From a virus (taxonomy: Duplodnaviria; Caudoviricetes), in the IMG/VR virus record IMGVR_UViG_3300037228_000056, positions 1 through 63,344 of that record: a stretch of DNA of 63,344 nucleotides. One strand, written 5' to 3'. This document shows, piece after piece, positions 28,255-38,992 of this stretch. The translations under genes were made by a program, and so were the position numbers. The notes beneath the pieces are model-generated. The model did no database searches and was not told the origin of the DNA. It saw nothing but the letters and a program-made list of their open reading frames with translations. How positions within the stretch are numbered: the stretch's first letter is position 1; each line of letters starts with the position of its first letter.

Positions 28255-28757
28255 ATGGGCACCTTCGCTGAGCGAACGCAAGAGCTGGAGGATCTGGTCG
28301 GGCACGGCGACCTAACTGGCACAGTCGTGGTTGACCAGGTCTTAAAGGGTCTACGCGCAATATCAGCACGAAGGTCTTTTAGCTAGACTTCCGGCATCCT
28401 CGCGGCGGTCAGGCGCTGTTCCTGCAAGAGCCGCTCATGGACAACTTCGGCGGCTACCTGGAGAAGATCGCGGCGATCATCCTCGACGGCGGCGCGGACG
28501 ATGCGATGGCCGAGGCGATGGAAGATCTCGCCGAGGACGGCGGCGTGGCCACGCACGCCCCGGTGCTCTACGCCAACCTGCGCGCCAGCGGGCATCCCAT
28601 CGTGACCAGCGACGGAGCGACGGTCTACGATCGCGAGCCGCGCCAGCACCGGCTCACCGAGGAAGAACTGAAGGCGATCTACCGCGAGCACCACCCGATC
28701 CCGTCGGAGCATTCAGGGCGGGAACTGAGGTTCCTCTGGGGTCACGACATCGAGTAG
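28255..28757 (+). CDS. Neck/minor virion protein (HK97 gp10-like) interrupted by two coding gaps (10 nt and 7 nt)
   Basis: GGAGGAGG SD plus ATG 28255; skipping 28342-28351 and 28379-28385 gives DQVYAQYQHEGLDFRHPRGGQALFLQEP and joins ORF 28437-28757. Confidence 0.75.
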
Positions 28758-28895
28758 GCGCCGGACTTCCTCGGCATTGAGATAGTTCGCGCATCCTTCG
28801 CCGTCGAAGCCCAGGCAGGCCCACCGGTACAGGTGCGCGCGGTAGATCATCGGCCCGTGCATTCTGCACGCGACCGAAGCGCCCGGATCGTCCAT
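28713..28895 (-). CDS. Antisense moron, small Cys-rich protein
   Basis: TACGAT 7 nt before ATG 28895; promoter/start 18-mer duplicated at 28963-28980. Confidence 0.5.
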   Translation of the reverse strand: MDDPGASVACRMHGPMIYRAHLYRWACLGFDGEGCANYLNAEEVRRLLDVVTPEEPQFPP

Positions 28896-28991
28896 GCCGC
28901 CCATCGTAGGACGGCCTAGCACGCGCTCGAACCTGCACGATCCCGGCGTCGGTGATCTGGCTCATGCCGCCCATAGTAGGCAGGTGAGCGC

Positions 28992-29405
28992 ATGCCGCTG
29001 CCGACCACGGACATTTTGGCCTGGATCGAATCGCTCGGCTGGAACAGCGCGCAGGAGATCGGCGCGCCCATCGTGATGGGGCCGTACATCCTGAAGGTGC
29101 CGGACAAGCTCGTCACGGTCACGCCCACGCCAGGACCTGGATTCGTCTACGAAGCGGCGGCGGACGCCAACGCGTTCCAGGCCCGCGTTCGCGGAGGGCA
29201 GAACGACCAGCCGGGCGCGGAAGCGCTCGCTTACCAGCTCGACTCGCTCATCCTCGGCGCGCAGTTCCCGGCCGTGAGCGCCTCGGGAATGACCATCGTC
29301 CACATTCATCGCCTCGGCGGCACGCCATCGCCGCTCGCGCCCAATCCCGACGACGCAGAGCGCTACGAGTACACCTGCCAGTACCTGGTCATAGCCGGAA
29401 CTTAG
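28992..29405 (+). CDS. Tail terminator-like protein
   Basis: FQARVRG...ALAYQLD...RYEYTCQY. Confidence 0.75.
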   Translation: MPLPTTDILAWIESLGWNSAQEIGAPIVMGPYILKVPDKLVTVTPTPGPGFVYEAAADANAFQARVRGGQNDQPGAEALAYQLDSLILGAQFPAVSASGMTIVHIHRLGGTPSPLAPNPDDAERYEYTCQYLVIAGT

Positions 29406-29418
29406 GAGAAACTAGGTC

Positions 29419-30541
29419 ATGGGTTTTGAAACCGATAGCTATACGCTTCTCCCCGCCACCGTCTGCGCGGCCGGGGCGCTCACCACCCCGCCAGCGGCGA
29501 ACCAGTACGGCGGCTCGGACTACGACCACGGCGTGATCCGCGTCGCCGTCTCCGCGATCTCGGGCGCGACGAACTTCTACGTCTGCCTGCAGGACAGCCC
29601 GGACGGCGGCGTGACCTGGTACCCGTCCGTGCTGGCCGTCGCGGACATGGCCGGCGCGCCCGGCTACGGCACGTTCGTGCCGGTGGCATCGAAGAACTTC
29701 GAGATCCCGCTGGCGTCGTTCCCCGGCAACCTGTTCCGCGTGGTCGCGTGGGCCGTGGCCGGAACCGTGACCTGCGCGATCACGGGCGACTTCGAGAAGC
29801 GCTTCGCGGACAGCACCTGACCGACCTCCCATCGTCCCGGCTAGCGGAAGGCAAACCAGGTGGCACGAGTACTCCTCACCCCCGTCAACCTGCCGGGAAC
29901 GGCGGGGATGGTCCTGTCATCCACGACGGGCGCGCAGTCCCTGGCCGGGTTCACCGGCTTCGAGTTCACCGACAACGGGCTGCTGTTCGTCGCCCTGTAC
30001 ATCGGCTCGGGCGGTGCCGGGAACCTGACCCAGAACATCGGCCGGAAGGTCCAGGGCATCGTCGCGCCGGAGCCGCCCGTGGCGCTGGCGGCCTCGACGA
30101 ACTACCTGTTCGGGAACTGGTCGCCGGCCGACTTCACCGCGACCGATGGCACCGGCTACGTCGAGTTCGACCTCAGCGGCACCCAGACGGCGAACTCGGT
30201 CACCCTCTACCAACTCATCCCGGTGAGCTAGGAAAGGCGAGCAGATGACGAACCCGGCCACGGCACCCGGAGCACCCGCCGGGACGCCCGCCGTCACCCA
30301 GCCCGAGCCCGCGCCGAAGGTGACGCCGCCAGCACCCGCATCGCCTGCCGCCGCGAAGCCTGACCCGCCGGGGAAGGTGAACCTGGCCGTGAGATGGCCG
30401 ATGGGATCGCTTACCCTGCCGCCTCTCGGCAGCGAGCCCGTGATCGTGATCACCGAGGAAGGCACCGAGGTAGACGAGGCCACGGCAGTGCGGGCACGGG
30501 AAGCCGCTGCGCTGAACGGGCTCACGCTGATCGAGTCGTAA
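29419..30541 (+). CDS. Three small probable virion genes (29419-29820; 29860-30231; 30245-30541)
   Basis: SD-led ORFs between the tail terminator and the tail tube gene. Confidence 0.6.
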
Positions 30542-31129
30542 CCGGCGCCGGGACTCTTTCCCCCGGCCACCCGCCGCTGGTCACCGCCCGCGCCGGTCGT
30601 TCGCCTTGTCGATGAGCGACTGGCGGGGACTGCCGCACGTCCGGCATGCGGTCCCGATGATGCAGGAGCCGCAGTACGCGCAGGCGATCTCGAGCTGCGC
30701 GAGCACGTCACGGTAGTTCGGGCCTTCGATCATCACGAGATCGCCTGCGCCGCGCGGCATCATGTGTGCCGTCAGGCTGATATCGGCGCTGGTGAGCACC
30801 GAACCGACCGGCTCCAGCAGGTGATCCACGTACAGGCTCGCGTGCCGGTACTCGGCTCTTAGCTCGGCGTAGCTGAGGCGCCGGCTGGCGATGATCCTGA
30901 CGCCGTCCCGCGAAGGCTGTCCGCAGATCAGCCAGTCCGGCGCGCTCGCGATGCCCGGTTCCAGCGCGATGCTCATCCGGATTCCTCCGGCGACAGCAGG
31001 CTTTCGCTGTCCGCCCGGCAGGCCGCGCAAGACGGCGCGGACTGCCCGCACCGGTCTTTCAGGCGCGCGTCCGGCCGCTCGCTCATCGCGCTTCCCATCT
31101 CTGCACCATAGCCCCGCAAGGAGACAGAC

Positions 31130-31738
31130 ATGACCGGAGCGCCCCTGCTCTACGTCCCTCCCGCACCGGTCACCTCCAACGTCCTGTACGGCATCGGGAT
31201 CGTGATGACCGCGCCCGTCGGAACCGCGCTGCCCTCGGACCAGAACCTCGGCGTCGCATCAGCCTGGACCGGCGGCGGCTGGTCCTACATCGGCGCCACC
31301 GACACGGGCGTGAGCCAGACGTGGACGCCGACGGTGACGGACATCTCGATCGAGGAGCAGCCCACGCCGGTCGCGGTCATCGTCGACAAGGGCACGCTGG
31401 AGCTGACCTTCGACCTGAACGAGGAGACGCTGGCCAACATCAACCTGGCGTACGGCTCGGCGGGCACCATCGCCGTGACGGCTCCGGGCGCGGGACAGCC
31501 AGGCAAGAGCGTTCTGTCGCTGAGCACCAGCTTCCCGCAGCTCGCCGCGGCGCTGATCGGCAAGAACCAGTACGGATATGCGCGGGTGGTGAACGTCCCG
31601 GCCGTGATGAGCGCGGCGACGGTGAAGACCGATTACCGGCGTGCGGCCAACCAGAGGATGTACCCCACGACGCTCTCGTCAGTGTGTCCTTTCAGTGAGA
31701 TCGAATGGATTGACCTCACGAGCGTGGCGACGTCGTAA
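31130..31738 (+). CDS. Major tail (tube) protein
   Basis: WSYIGATDTGV...LTFDLNEETLAN; AAGGAG SD; synteny. Confidence 0.8.
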   Translation: MTGAPLLYVPPAPVTSNVLYGIGIVMTAPVGTALPSDQNLGVASAWTGGGWSYIGATDTGVSQTWTPTVTDISIEEQPTPVAVIVDKGTLELTFDLNEETLANINLAYGSAGTIAVTAPGAGQPGKSVLSLSTSFPQLAAALIGKNQYGYARVVNVPAVMSAATVKTDYRRAANQRMYPTTLSSVCPFSEIEWIDLTSVATS

Positions 31739-32603
31739 CTGCGGACGCCACGAAAGCGGACGCTCCGATCAGGCCGAGCAGTGCGATGCCGGACCAGATC
31801 AGCACCCATCCGGCCGAGCCGGGCAGCACCGACGCAACCGGGCACCCCGCGACAGGGAACTGGCGGTAGAAGCACGGGTTCGCGAACAGCACGACCAGAC
31901 CGGCGATGATCAGGCCCGGAACGGCCGCGAGCGCGGCCAGCAGCAGCGTCACGCCGAAGCGCTTACGGCGCATGGTCATGACGGCGCACTCGCCAGCACG
32001 CCGAACCGGACCGCGTCAGCCTGAGCGCGCCGGATGGCCAGGGCACCGTTCAGCTTGTGTTCGTGGATCGTGCCGTCAGTGAAGATCACGAACGCGGTCG
32101 CCCGGTTCCGTGCGCCTGCGGTCACCTCAGCGCGGGCACCGGCCAGCGCCCCGAGGACGCGTCCCGAACCGGGCCACGCCGTGACCTGGCCGTCGCGCAC
32201 CTTGATGCGAAGCGCGTCGAACACGACCCCGCTGATCTCTTCCCGGTGCTTGCGGCGCACTGCCTTGCGCCCGGCCAGCGGGAGCGGCGCCATGGCGGCG
32301 TTACTCGCGGCGAGACGCGCCTTTCGCTCTGCCCTGGTCTCTTCCGGAGCGGTCATGGTGACCGCCTCCCTTCGCTTACGGGACTATCATACCACGATGT
32401 CACGGCGTCGCTGAGGCGGACGCCGTGACATCGTGCGCGCGTTCCCGCTGGCGCCGTTTCCGCTCGGCGGCTGCGCACCTCGCCGAGCAGTACACCGCGT
32501 CGGTCCGGCCGCCCTCGCCGCGGTAGAACTCGGCGCCGCACGCCGGCCGGGCGCAGGTCTTGGCGCCGGGCAGCGGGGCGCGGCAGTGCGGGCAGCGGTC
32601 CAT
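31716..32603 (-). CDS. Antisense cluster (32400-32603 CGNR-like Zn finger; 31976-32356; 31716-31979 membrane)
   Basis: YCSARC motif; TAGGCT 7 nt before ATG 32603; GGGAGG SD before 32356. Confidence 0.55.
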
Positions 32604-32681
32604 GAACGCAAGCCTATCAGCCTGGTCACGCCCTGCGCTCGCGTGATGCCGTGACTAGTCAAGTCCCAGGAAAGGACCACC

Positions 32682-33412
32682 GTGGCCAGTTTCGACGCCG
32701 GGAGCGTCGTCGAGGCTCTTGATTACACCTTTGAGCCGTTCGTCCCCGGATGCAAGGGCACCATCAAGGAACCGACATCAGTTCAGTTGCAGGCGTTCCT
32801 GACCGCGAACGCGAAGGAGATGCAGCGGCTGCGCAGGGAAGCCGGCGACGACGCCGCAGGCGGCGCAGCGGATCCGACTGCGGGCAACGAAGCCGGCGAC
32901 GGGGCGCCTCCTGACGATGCGGTGCTCGCCAGTGCCGTGAGCGACAAGCTCCTGGCCAGGATCGCCGAGACGGACCCGAAGAAGGTCGAGGCCGCGAAGC
33001 TGCGCCAGGCGAAGATCTTCAGCGCCCTGTGCTCAGGCGAGCCGTCAGCGGCCGACCTGCTCAAGCTCCCGCACCGCCAGATGAGCGCATTCGCGAACTG
33101 GATCACGGATGAGCTGATGAACCCGGAAGCCGTGACCGGCGATGGGACTCCGCATCTTCAGATAGTGCGGTCCTCAGCCGCCGGCTGATCCTGTACCTTG
33201 CGCGCCGCTATCTCGGGCTGTCCACGGACGGATGGGACTGCCTGGAGTGGCATGAGCAGCGCACCTACGTGGCGGGCTTCGAGGCCGAGGGGCTTATTAC
33301 CGTCAGCCGGACCGCGGCGAGCGCGATGGAGGCCGGCAGGCACCGCACGGCAGAGTCCGGTGCCGAGGTCTTCGACCTGTCCGCGATGAAAGCCGAGCTC
33401 GCGGGGCGGTGA
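32682..33412 (+). CDS. Tail assembly chaperone G (32682-33188) and G-T by -1 frameshift
   Basis: C CCG GAA at 33122-33128; -1 frame open 33113-33412 (RLILYLARRYLGLSTDGWDCLEWHEQR); ends 3 nt before the TMP. Confidence 0.75.
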
Positions 33413-33415
33413 GCG

Positions 33416-36400
33416 ATGTTCGACGCCGGGACCATCGCCGCGACGCTGACGCTGGACCGCGGGCCCTTCCACGCATCCCTGGACGCGGCCCGGTCCGAGG
33501 CGGCGGCAGGCGTAACCGTACCGGTCAGCTTCGACCTTTCGCAGACCTCCGCGGCGAAGGCCATCGCTGCGGCCAAGTCGGCGTTCGCGAGCAGCAGCGC
33601 TGCGATCCCGGTCAACTTCAATGTCACCCAGGCGTCCGTCATGCGGGCGGTCACCGCCGCGCGCGCGACCTTCAAGGCCAACCCGATCACCGTGCCGGTC
33701 ACCTTCGGCGTGTCGCAGGCCAGCGTCGCCCGGACCGTCACCGCCGCGAAGGCGCTCTTCCGTGCCGGCGGCGGCGTCACCATCCCGGTCGGCTTCGGCA
33801 GTCCCGGCGGCAATGTCAGCCAGGGAATCGCGTCCGTCACCGCCCAGACCAAGGCAGCCGGGGCCGCGGCTCACAGCGCCCAGCAGTCCTACGGCGGCTG
33901 GTGGGGGATGCTCTCCAAGCCGCTGGTGCTGTGGGGCGGCGCGCTCGGCACGACCGCGCTGATCGGCGAGGTCGCCGTCTGGCACCTGCTGGCCGACTGG
34001 GTCATCGAGTTCAGCGCGGTCCTCATCCCGGCCGCGATCGCGCTGACCGCGTTCGGCTTCCTCGCCGCCGGGACCATCAAGTCGATCTGGACCAACCTGG
34101 AGAACGTCCGCGTCATCGCGACGGCCACCGGGCAGAGCTTCGGCATCGTCACGGGCGGCTTCCAGTCGCTGCAGGCCGCGGTGAAGCCGCAGGTGCTGGA
34201 GCTGTGGGGCGACGCGCTGACGCTGATGAGCCAGAAGGGCGGCACGTTCGCGGCCAGCGCGGTAGGGGTCGGGCACGCCCTGGACCAGCTCGGCGCCCGG
34301 TTCACCGTCGCCATGACCAGCGGCAAGGGCATGGGCGGCATCATGTCGCAGGGCACCGTCGACATCGCCAAGCTAGGCGACGTCATCGGCAACCTCGGCG
34401 GCACCCTCGGGAACGTCCTGAAGGCCGTTCCCGGCTTCGCCAGCGACTTCCTGAACCTGTGGGTCGCGGTGTCCAGGGGCGCGGAGGTGTTCACCAGCCT
34501 GACGATCCCGGCGCTGAACGTGCTGCTGTGGGCGCACGGCATCATCCTGTACGGCGGCCTCGCGGTGACCGCGATCGTGTCGATGGGCGGCGCGTTCCTC
34601 CAGCTCGGGAACAAGCTGATCGACTTCGCCGTCATCGCCGATGCCGCGATCGAGGGCTTCATCCTCGACGTGATCGCCGCTGACGGGGCCGTCGAGACCT
34701 TCGCCGTGATCAACGACGCCCTCACCCCGTGGGGCTGGATCGCGCTCGGCGTCACGGCGCTCGCGGGGCTGATCTTCCTGCTGAAGGGCACTCGGTCGCA
34801 GACCGAGGCGCTGATCGGCTCGCTGCAGAACACGATCATCACGGCGCCGACGGTCAGCGCCGGGCAGTCGGACATCTTCAGCGCCCAGCTCCAGGTCAGC
34901 AGGCAGCTGATCACGGCGCGGGACGCCCTGACGGCCGCGACGGTCCGCTACAACCAGGCCAGCGCCGGCGGGGGCGCCTCAGCACGTCTCCAGGCGATGA
35001 CCGAGGCGCAGGCCGCTGCGGTGAACCAGCTGACCGGCTACCAGGGCCAGCTGACGGCCGCGCAGCAACTGTCGGCTACGCGCCTCGCATCCCTGTCGAA
35101 GACCTACGGCGGCACGGCCACCGCGATGGGGCTGCTGAACACGGCGGGGATCACCGAGAAGCAGTGGCAGGACAAGTCCGCGTCCGGCTGGGCGCAGATC
35201 CAGCAGGAAGTCATGGGCACCATGCGGGGCTACCAGCAGATGGGCGTCACCGGGGGAGCGCTCGGCAACGACCTGCAGGTCATGAACAACCAGGTCAGCG
35301 CCCAGTACACGGCGATGGTGAAGCTCAACGGCGCGCTGGACTCCTGGATCAAGGACGTGACCGGCGGCGAGGCCGCGTTCGACGCCTACGGTCAGGGCCT
35401 GGTCACCCTCAAGACGGATCAGGCAGCCATCGGCGCCACCATGGACGGACTCGGCGCGGCGAGCCTCACGCTCAACGCGGCCTTCGGCAGCCAGGTCACG
35501 GCGACGGAATCGATGATCGACACCTGGCGGCTGGCCGGGGTCGCGTCCAACCTGCAGAACCAGGGCATCAGGGACAGCATCTCGCTGATGGTGCCGTACG
35601 CGAGGGGCAGCAAGGAGGCCACGGCGCAGCTCGCCGCCCTGGCGGAGGAGGCCGGCTACAACGGCCCGGCGCAGATGAAGAAGCTCGTCGGCTGGCTGGG
35701 GAACACCCGCGACGCGCTGCAGAACGTCAAGGACATCACCAACCAGGCCACCCTGCAGGAAGCGCTGCTCACCTCCGGCATGCAGGACCAGGGCACCTAC
35801 ATCTCGGGCACCCTGCTCCGCGCCATCGCGAACGCGGAACTGGCCTACGGCGGGGTGACGAAGCTCGCCACCGCCTACGGCCTCAAGGTCGCGGAGTTCG
35901 GGGCCCAGTCCACCCCCGCGCAGGCGGCCCTGCACGCCCTGGACCTTCAGTACATCAAGAACGCCGAGCACGCGGGCGACGCCACCGACAAGATCGCCGC
36001 GATGATCGCCACCATCAACCACATCCCGCTGAAGAAGGCCATCGAGATCGTGGTGAAGGCCAGCGGCTCCTGGGTCATCACCGGGCAGTCCCGCGCAGCG
36101 GGCCCGAGCCACAAGATCCAGGGCGGCGTTGCCGAGGGCGGCCTGATGAAGGGCACCGGAGGGCCGACCGCCGACGACATCCCGGCGTGGCTGAGCTCAG
36201 GCGAGTACGTGGTGAAGGCCGCAGCGGTCCAGAAGTACGGCACCGCGATGTTCGACAACCTGAACGCGATGCGGCTGGCGGCCGGCGGCATCGCTGCGTC
36301 GTATGCCGGGTCCGCGTCCGGGATGGGGTCGTTCGACCTGCGCGAGTACGCGGCGACGCTGGCCCTCATCGAGTCCGCCGACGCTTCTGCCGCCGGGGCG

Positions 36401-37087
36401 GCGATCCGGGCGAAGGTCTCCGCACTGAAGGCGGCGCAGGCACGCACCTACGGCGGGGGGCTGGGGAGCGCGAGCCTGCGGCAGATCGAGAACTGGTGGA
36501 TAGGAGCGGGCGGCCCGGGCGGCGGCACCGCGCACATCGCGGCGGCGATCACGGGGGCCGAGAGCGGCTTCAACCCGAAGGCGATCCAGCAAGGTCAGCC
36601 ATATGCCACCACGGGCTGGGGCCTCTGGCAGATCACGCCCGGGGACTCCGAGCCGCAGGCAGGGATCGACGCCCAGTTGCTCACCGGCCCCTCCAACGCC
36701 ATCGCGGCGGTGGCGAAGTACCGGGGCGCGGGCGGCTTCTCCCCGTGGACGACGTTCATGGACGGCGCCTACCTGCAGTTCATGGGCGGCACGGGCGCGG
36801 GAGGCTCCTCGGTGAACGGTGGCGGGGGCTCCTCCGTGAACGCCCTCCCGCCGAAGGTCTTCGACCGGGGGGGCTACCTGCCGCCGGGCCTGACGCTGGC
36901 CTACAACGGCACGGGCCGCAATGAGCCTGTCCCGGACCCGTCGGCGACGGGGTCACGCGGGCCGCTGATGGGCGACGTCCACCTGACGCTGCCCGAGGGC
37001 ACCACCGTCGCCGGGGCGCTGCAGGAGCTGAGCTTCCGCCTGACCGCCGCGCAGATGCAGGGATACGCGGGCGTGACGCCGGGCTGA
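33416..37087 (+). CDS. Tape measure protein with C-terminal lytic transglycosylase domain
   Basis: 1223 aa Ala/Gly-rich; LSSGEYVV; AESGFNPKA...GLWQI...FSPW; FDRGG. Confidence 0.9.
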   Translation: MFDAGTIAATLTLDRGPFHASLDAARSEAAAGVTVPVSFDLSQTSAAKAIAAAKSAFASSSAAIPVNFNVTQASVMRAVTAARATFKANPITVPVTFGVSQASVARTVTAAKALFRAGGGVTIPVGFGSPGGNVSQGIASVTAQTKAAGAAAHSAQQSYGGWWGMLSKPLVLWGGALGTTALIGEVAVWHLLADWVIEFSAVLIPAAIALTAFGFLAAGTIKSIWTNLENVRVIATATGQSFGIVTGGFQSLQAAVKPQVLELWGDALTLMSQKGGTFAASAVGVGHALDQLGARFTVAMTSGKGMGGIMSQGTVDIAKLGDVIGNLGGTLGNVLKAVPGFASDFLNLWVAVSRGAEVFTSLTIPALNVLLWAHGIILYGGLAVTAIVSMGGAFLQLGNKLIDFAVIADAAIEGFILDVIAADGAVETFAVINDALTPWGWIALGVTALAGLIFLLKGTRSQTEALIGSLQNTIITAPTVSAGQSDIFSAQLQVSRQLITARDALTAATVRYNQASAGGGASARLQAMTEAQAAAVNQLTGYQGQLTAAQQLSATRLASLSKTYGGTATAMGLLNTAGITEKQWQDKSASGWAQIQQEVMGTMRGYQQMGVTGGALGNDLQVMNNQVSAQYTAMVKLNGALDSWIKDVTGGEAAFDAYGQGLVTLKTDQAAIGATMDGLGAASLTLNAAFGSQVTATESMIDTWRLAGVASNLQNQGIRDSISLMVPYARGSKEATAQLAALAEEAGYNGPAQMKKLVGWLGNTRDALQNVKDITNQATLQEALLTSGMQDQGTYISGTLLRAIANAELAYGGVTKLATAYGLKVAEFGAQSTPAQAALHALDLQYIKNAEHAGDATDKIAAMIATINHIPLKKAIEIVVKASGSWVITGQSRAAGPSHKIQGGVAEGGLMKGTGGPTADDIPAWLSSGEYVVKAAAVQKYGTAMFDNLNAMRLAAGGIAASYAGSASGMGSFDLREYAATLALIESADASAAGAAIRAKVSALKAAQARTYGGGLGSASLRQIENWWIGAGGPGGGTAHIAAAITGAESGFNPKAIQQGQPYATTGWGLWQITPGDSEPQAGIDAQLLTGPSNAIAAVAKYRGAGGFSPWTTFMDGAYLQFMGGTGAGGSSVNGGGGSSVNALPPKVFDRGGYLPPGLTLAYNGTGRNEPVPDPSATGSRGPLMGDVHLTLPEGTTVAGALQELSFRLTAAQMQGYAGVTPG

Positions 37088-37091
37088 GGGG

Positions 37092-38030
37092 GTGCCGGTG
37101 GCCGATCCCGTCCTGGCCGAAGGGCAGTACTCGATCGGCCCCGAGGGCAGCAGCTCGGCGTTCGTCTACGGTGGCCGGTGGCCGAGTTTCGCGGGCTCGA
37201 TCCAGGTGGCGAGCACCCAGGTCGACACGGGCGCCATCGTCGTCCAGGACCAGCCGGTGGTCGGGCATGACGGGCAGTTGTTCGGGGTCGACACGATGCC
37301 GGGCATGGTGGTCACCCAGACCGGGCAGGCGTACGCGGCGAACGACGCGGCCGCGGCGATGGATGCCTACGCGGCGCTGGCCGGCGTCTGGAACGCGCCA
37401 TCGGTGCGCCTGGCCGACAACGCCGTGGTGTGCCTGCGCGCGTACTACCCCGGCAGCAGCGTGGTGCGGCGGTGCTACGGCCGGGGGCGCCAGATCGTCC
37501 CGGTCATGGGCACCGCCTACGGCGGGATGGTCGGGTTCACCGCCGCGTTCCAGGCCGCTGACGGGATCTGGTACGAGGACGCGCTGAGCCAGCTCTCCCT
37601 GTCGATGGCGCCGGTCTACAACGGGGGCCTCACGCCTCCGCTGACGCCCCCGTACCAGCTCGCGGCGACCAGCAACTACGGCCAGAGCACGATCACGAAC
37701 TACGGGCCGCAGCCCACCTGGCCCGTGATCACGTTCCGGGGACCGGTCAGCTACCCGGGCCTCATCTACGTCAACACCCCCGTGTCCGTCGGCTACCGGG
37801 GCGTCCTCGGCCCGGCCGACCGGCTGGTGATCGACACGCGCCCGTGGGCCAGGACGGCGCTGCTGAACGGCACGAGCGTGGCCGGCGCGCTCACCGGCAA
37901 CCCCATGATCTCCCTGCAGGCGCCGTCCGGCGCGACCGTCGTCCGGTTCACCGGCCAGGACTACACCGGCAAGGGCCAGTGCATCATCACCTGGCGCAGC
38001 GCGACCTTGTCGATCGGAGGTTCCGCTTGA
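37092..38030 (+). CDS. Distal tail protein (Dit-like)
   Basis: Follows the TMP; WPVITFRGP, LVIDTRPW. Confidence 0.75.
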   Translation: MPVADPVLAEGQYSIGPEGSSSAFVYGGRWPSFAGSIQVASTQVDTGAIVVQDQPVVGHDGQLFGVDTMPGMVVTQTGQAYAANDAAAAMDAYAALAGVWNAPSVRLADNAVVCLRAYYPGSSVVRRCYGRGRQIVPVMGTAYGGMVGFTAAFQAADGIWYEDALSQLSLSMAPVYNGGLTPPLTPPYQLAATSNYGQSTITNYGPQPTWPVITFRGPVSYPGLIYVNTPVSVGYRGVLGPADRLVIDTRPWARTALLNGTSVAGALTGNPMISLQAPSGATVVRFTGQDYTGKGQCIITWRSATLSIGGSA

Positions 38031-38992
38031 CGTTCCAGACCGGGTGCTACGCCGTGGACGGCAACACCGAGGACGCGTCCCTGCTGCGGCAGATGCTGCA
38101 AGGCGCGACCCTCGGCAGCCAGGGCACCGTCGGCCACCTCGACTGCCAGGTGAACGCCAGCGGGCCCGCGACGTCCGGGATCGTCATCGGCGCGGGGTCG
38201 GTCGTGGTGGCCGGCGCGGAGAGCCCGAACCAGGGCAGCTACTACGCGGCCAACATCGGCACCGACACGACGCTGTCCATCGCGGCCACCGGGGGCAGCG
38301 AGCGCTCGGACCTGGTCATCGCCAGGGCCGAGGACCCGACGTGGTCCGGCAGCCCGTGGGGCAACCCGGCGGCCGGCCAGATCGTGTTCCCGCGGGTACT
38401 GTCCGGGGTCGCCTCCGGTGCCACTGCGGTGCCGGGAGGGTACAGCGCGATCCCGCTGGCACGGATCGACATGCCCGCCGGCGTCTCGGTGGTGCAGCAG
38501 TCCTATATCCATGACCTGCGGCAGGTCTGCAACCCGCAGCGGCAGGTCAGCTCCTACGCCGTGGCGGGCCCCGGCAGCCAGGTCAACGCCACCACGAGCA
38601 CCATCCAGGCCAACTGGCCTCCCGGCGCGACCTGGGCCGTGCAGGTCCCCTCCTGGGCCACGACCGCCGTGGTGTTCTTCCAGGTGAACGAGGCACTGTT
38701 CGTCGGCAGCGGCAACGGGTACGCGCGCGGCTGGCTGTGGGTCGCGATCGGGCCGACGGTCGGCTCGCCCGTCGTCATCTCCGGCTTCTCCCTCTACAGC
38801 ACGGCCGAAGCCGGCCGCCACACGATCTCCGGCTCGTACAACATCGCCATCCCGGCATCGATCCGCGGCACCACCCAGAACTTCAGCTTCGCCCAGTACG
38901 CGGACGGCACGAACACCGGGACGCTCGGCGCCACCGAGGGCAGCAGTGCCCTGATGATGGTGGAGTTCGTCCAGAACGCGGCACTCGAATGA
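38027..38992 (+). CDS. Minor tail protein
   Basis: GGAGG SD plus TTG 38027; RSDLVIAR..D, IPLARI...DLR. Confidence 0.7.
   Translation: MTFQTGCYAVDGNTEDASLLRQMLQGATLGSQGTVGHLDCQVNASGPATSGIVIGAGSVVVAGAESPNQGSYYAANIGTDTTLSIAATGGSERSDLVIARAEDPTWSGSPWGNPAAGQIVFPRVLSGVASGATAVPGGYSAIPLARIDMPAGVSVVQQSYIHDLRQVCNPQRQVSSYAVAGPGSQVNATTSTIQANWPPGATWAVQVPSWATTAVVFFQVNEALFVGSGNGYARGWLWVAIGPTVGSPVVISGFSLYSTAEAGRHTISGSYNIAIPASIRGTTQNFSFAQYADGTNTGTLGATEGSSALMMVEFVQNAALE

Noticed and set aside
33113-33412. Novel recoding site before the tape measure gene
   Set aside because: Ordinary tail-chaperone G/G-T -1 frameshift, no TTA involved
34729-36924. 731-aa alternative-frame ORF inside the TMP, and similar long Arg/Gly/Pro-rich or antisense ORFs (4356-5495, 39928-41496, 44751-45941, 9733-11025)
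   Set aside because: Shadow ORFs expected in high-GC coding DNA; no motifs recognised, unlike the antisense intein ORF
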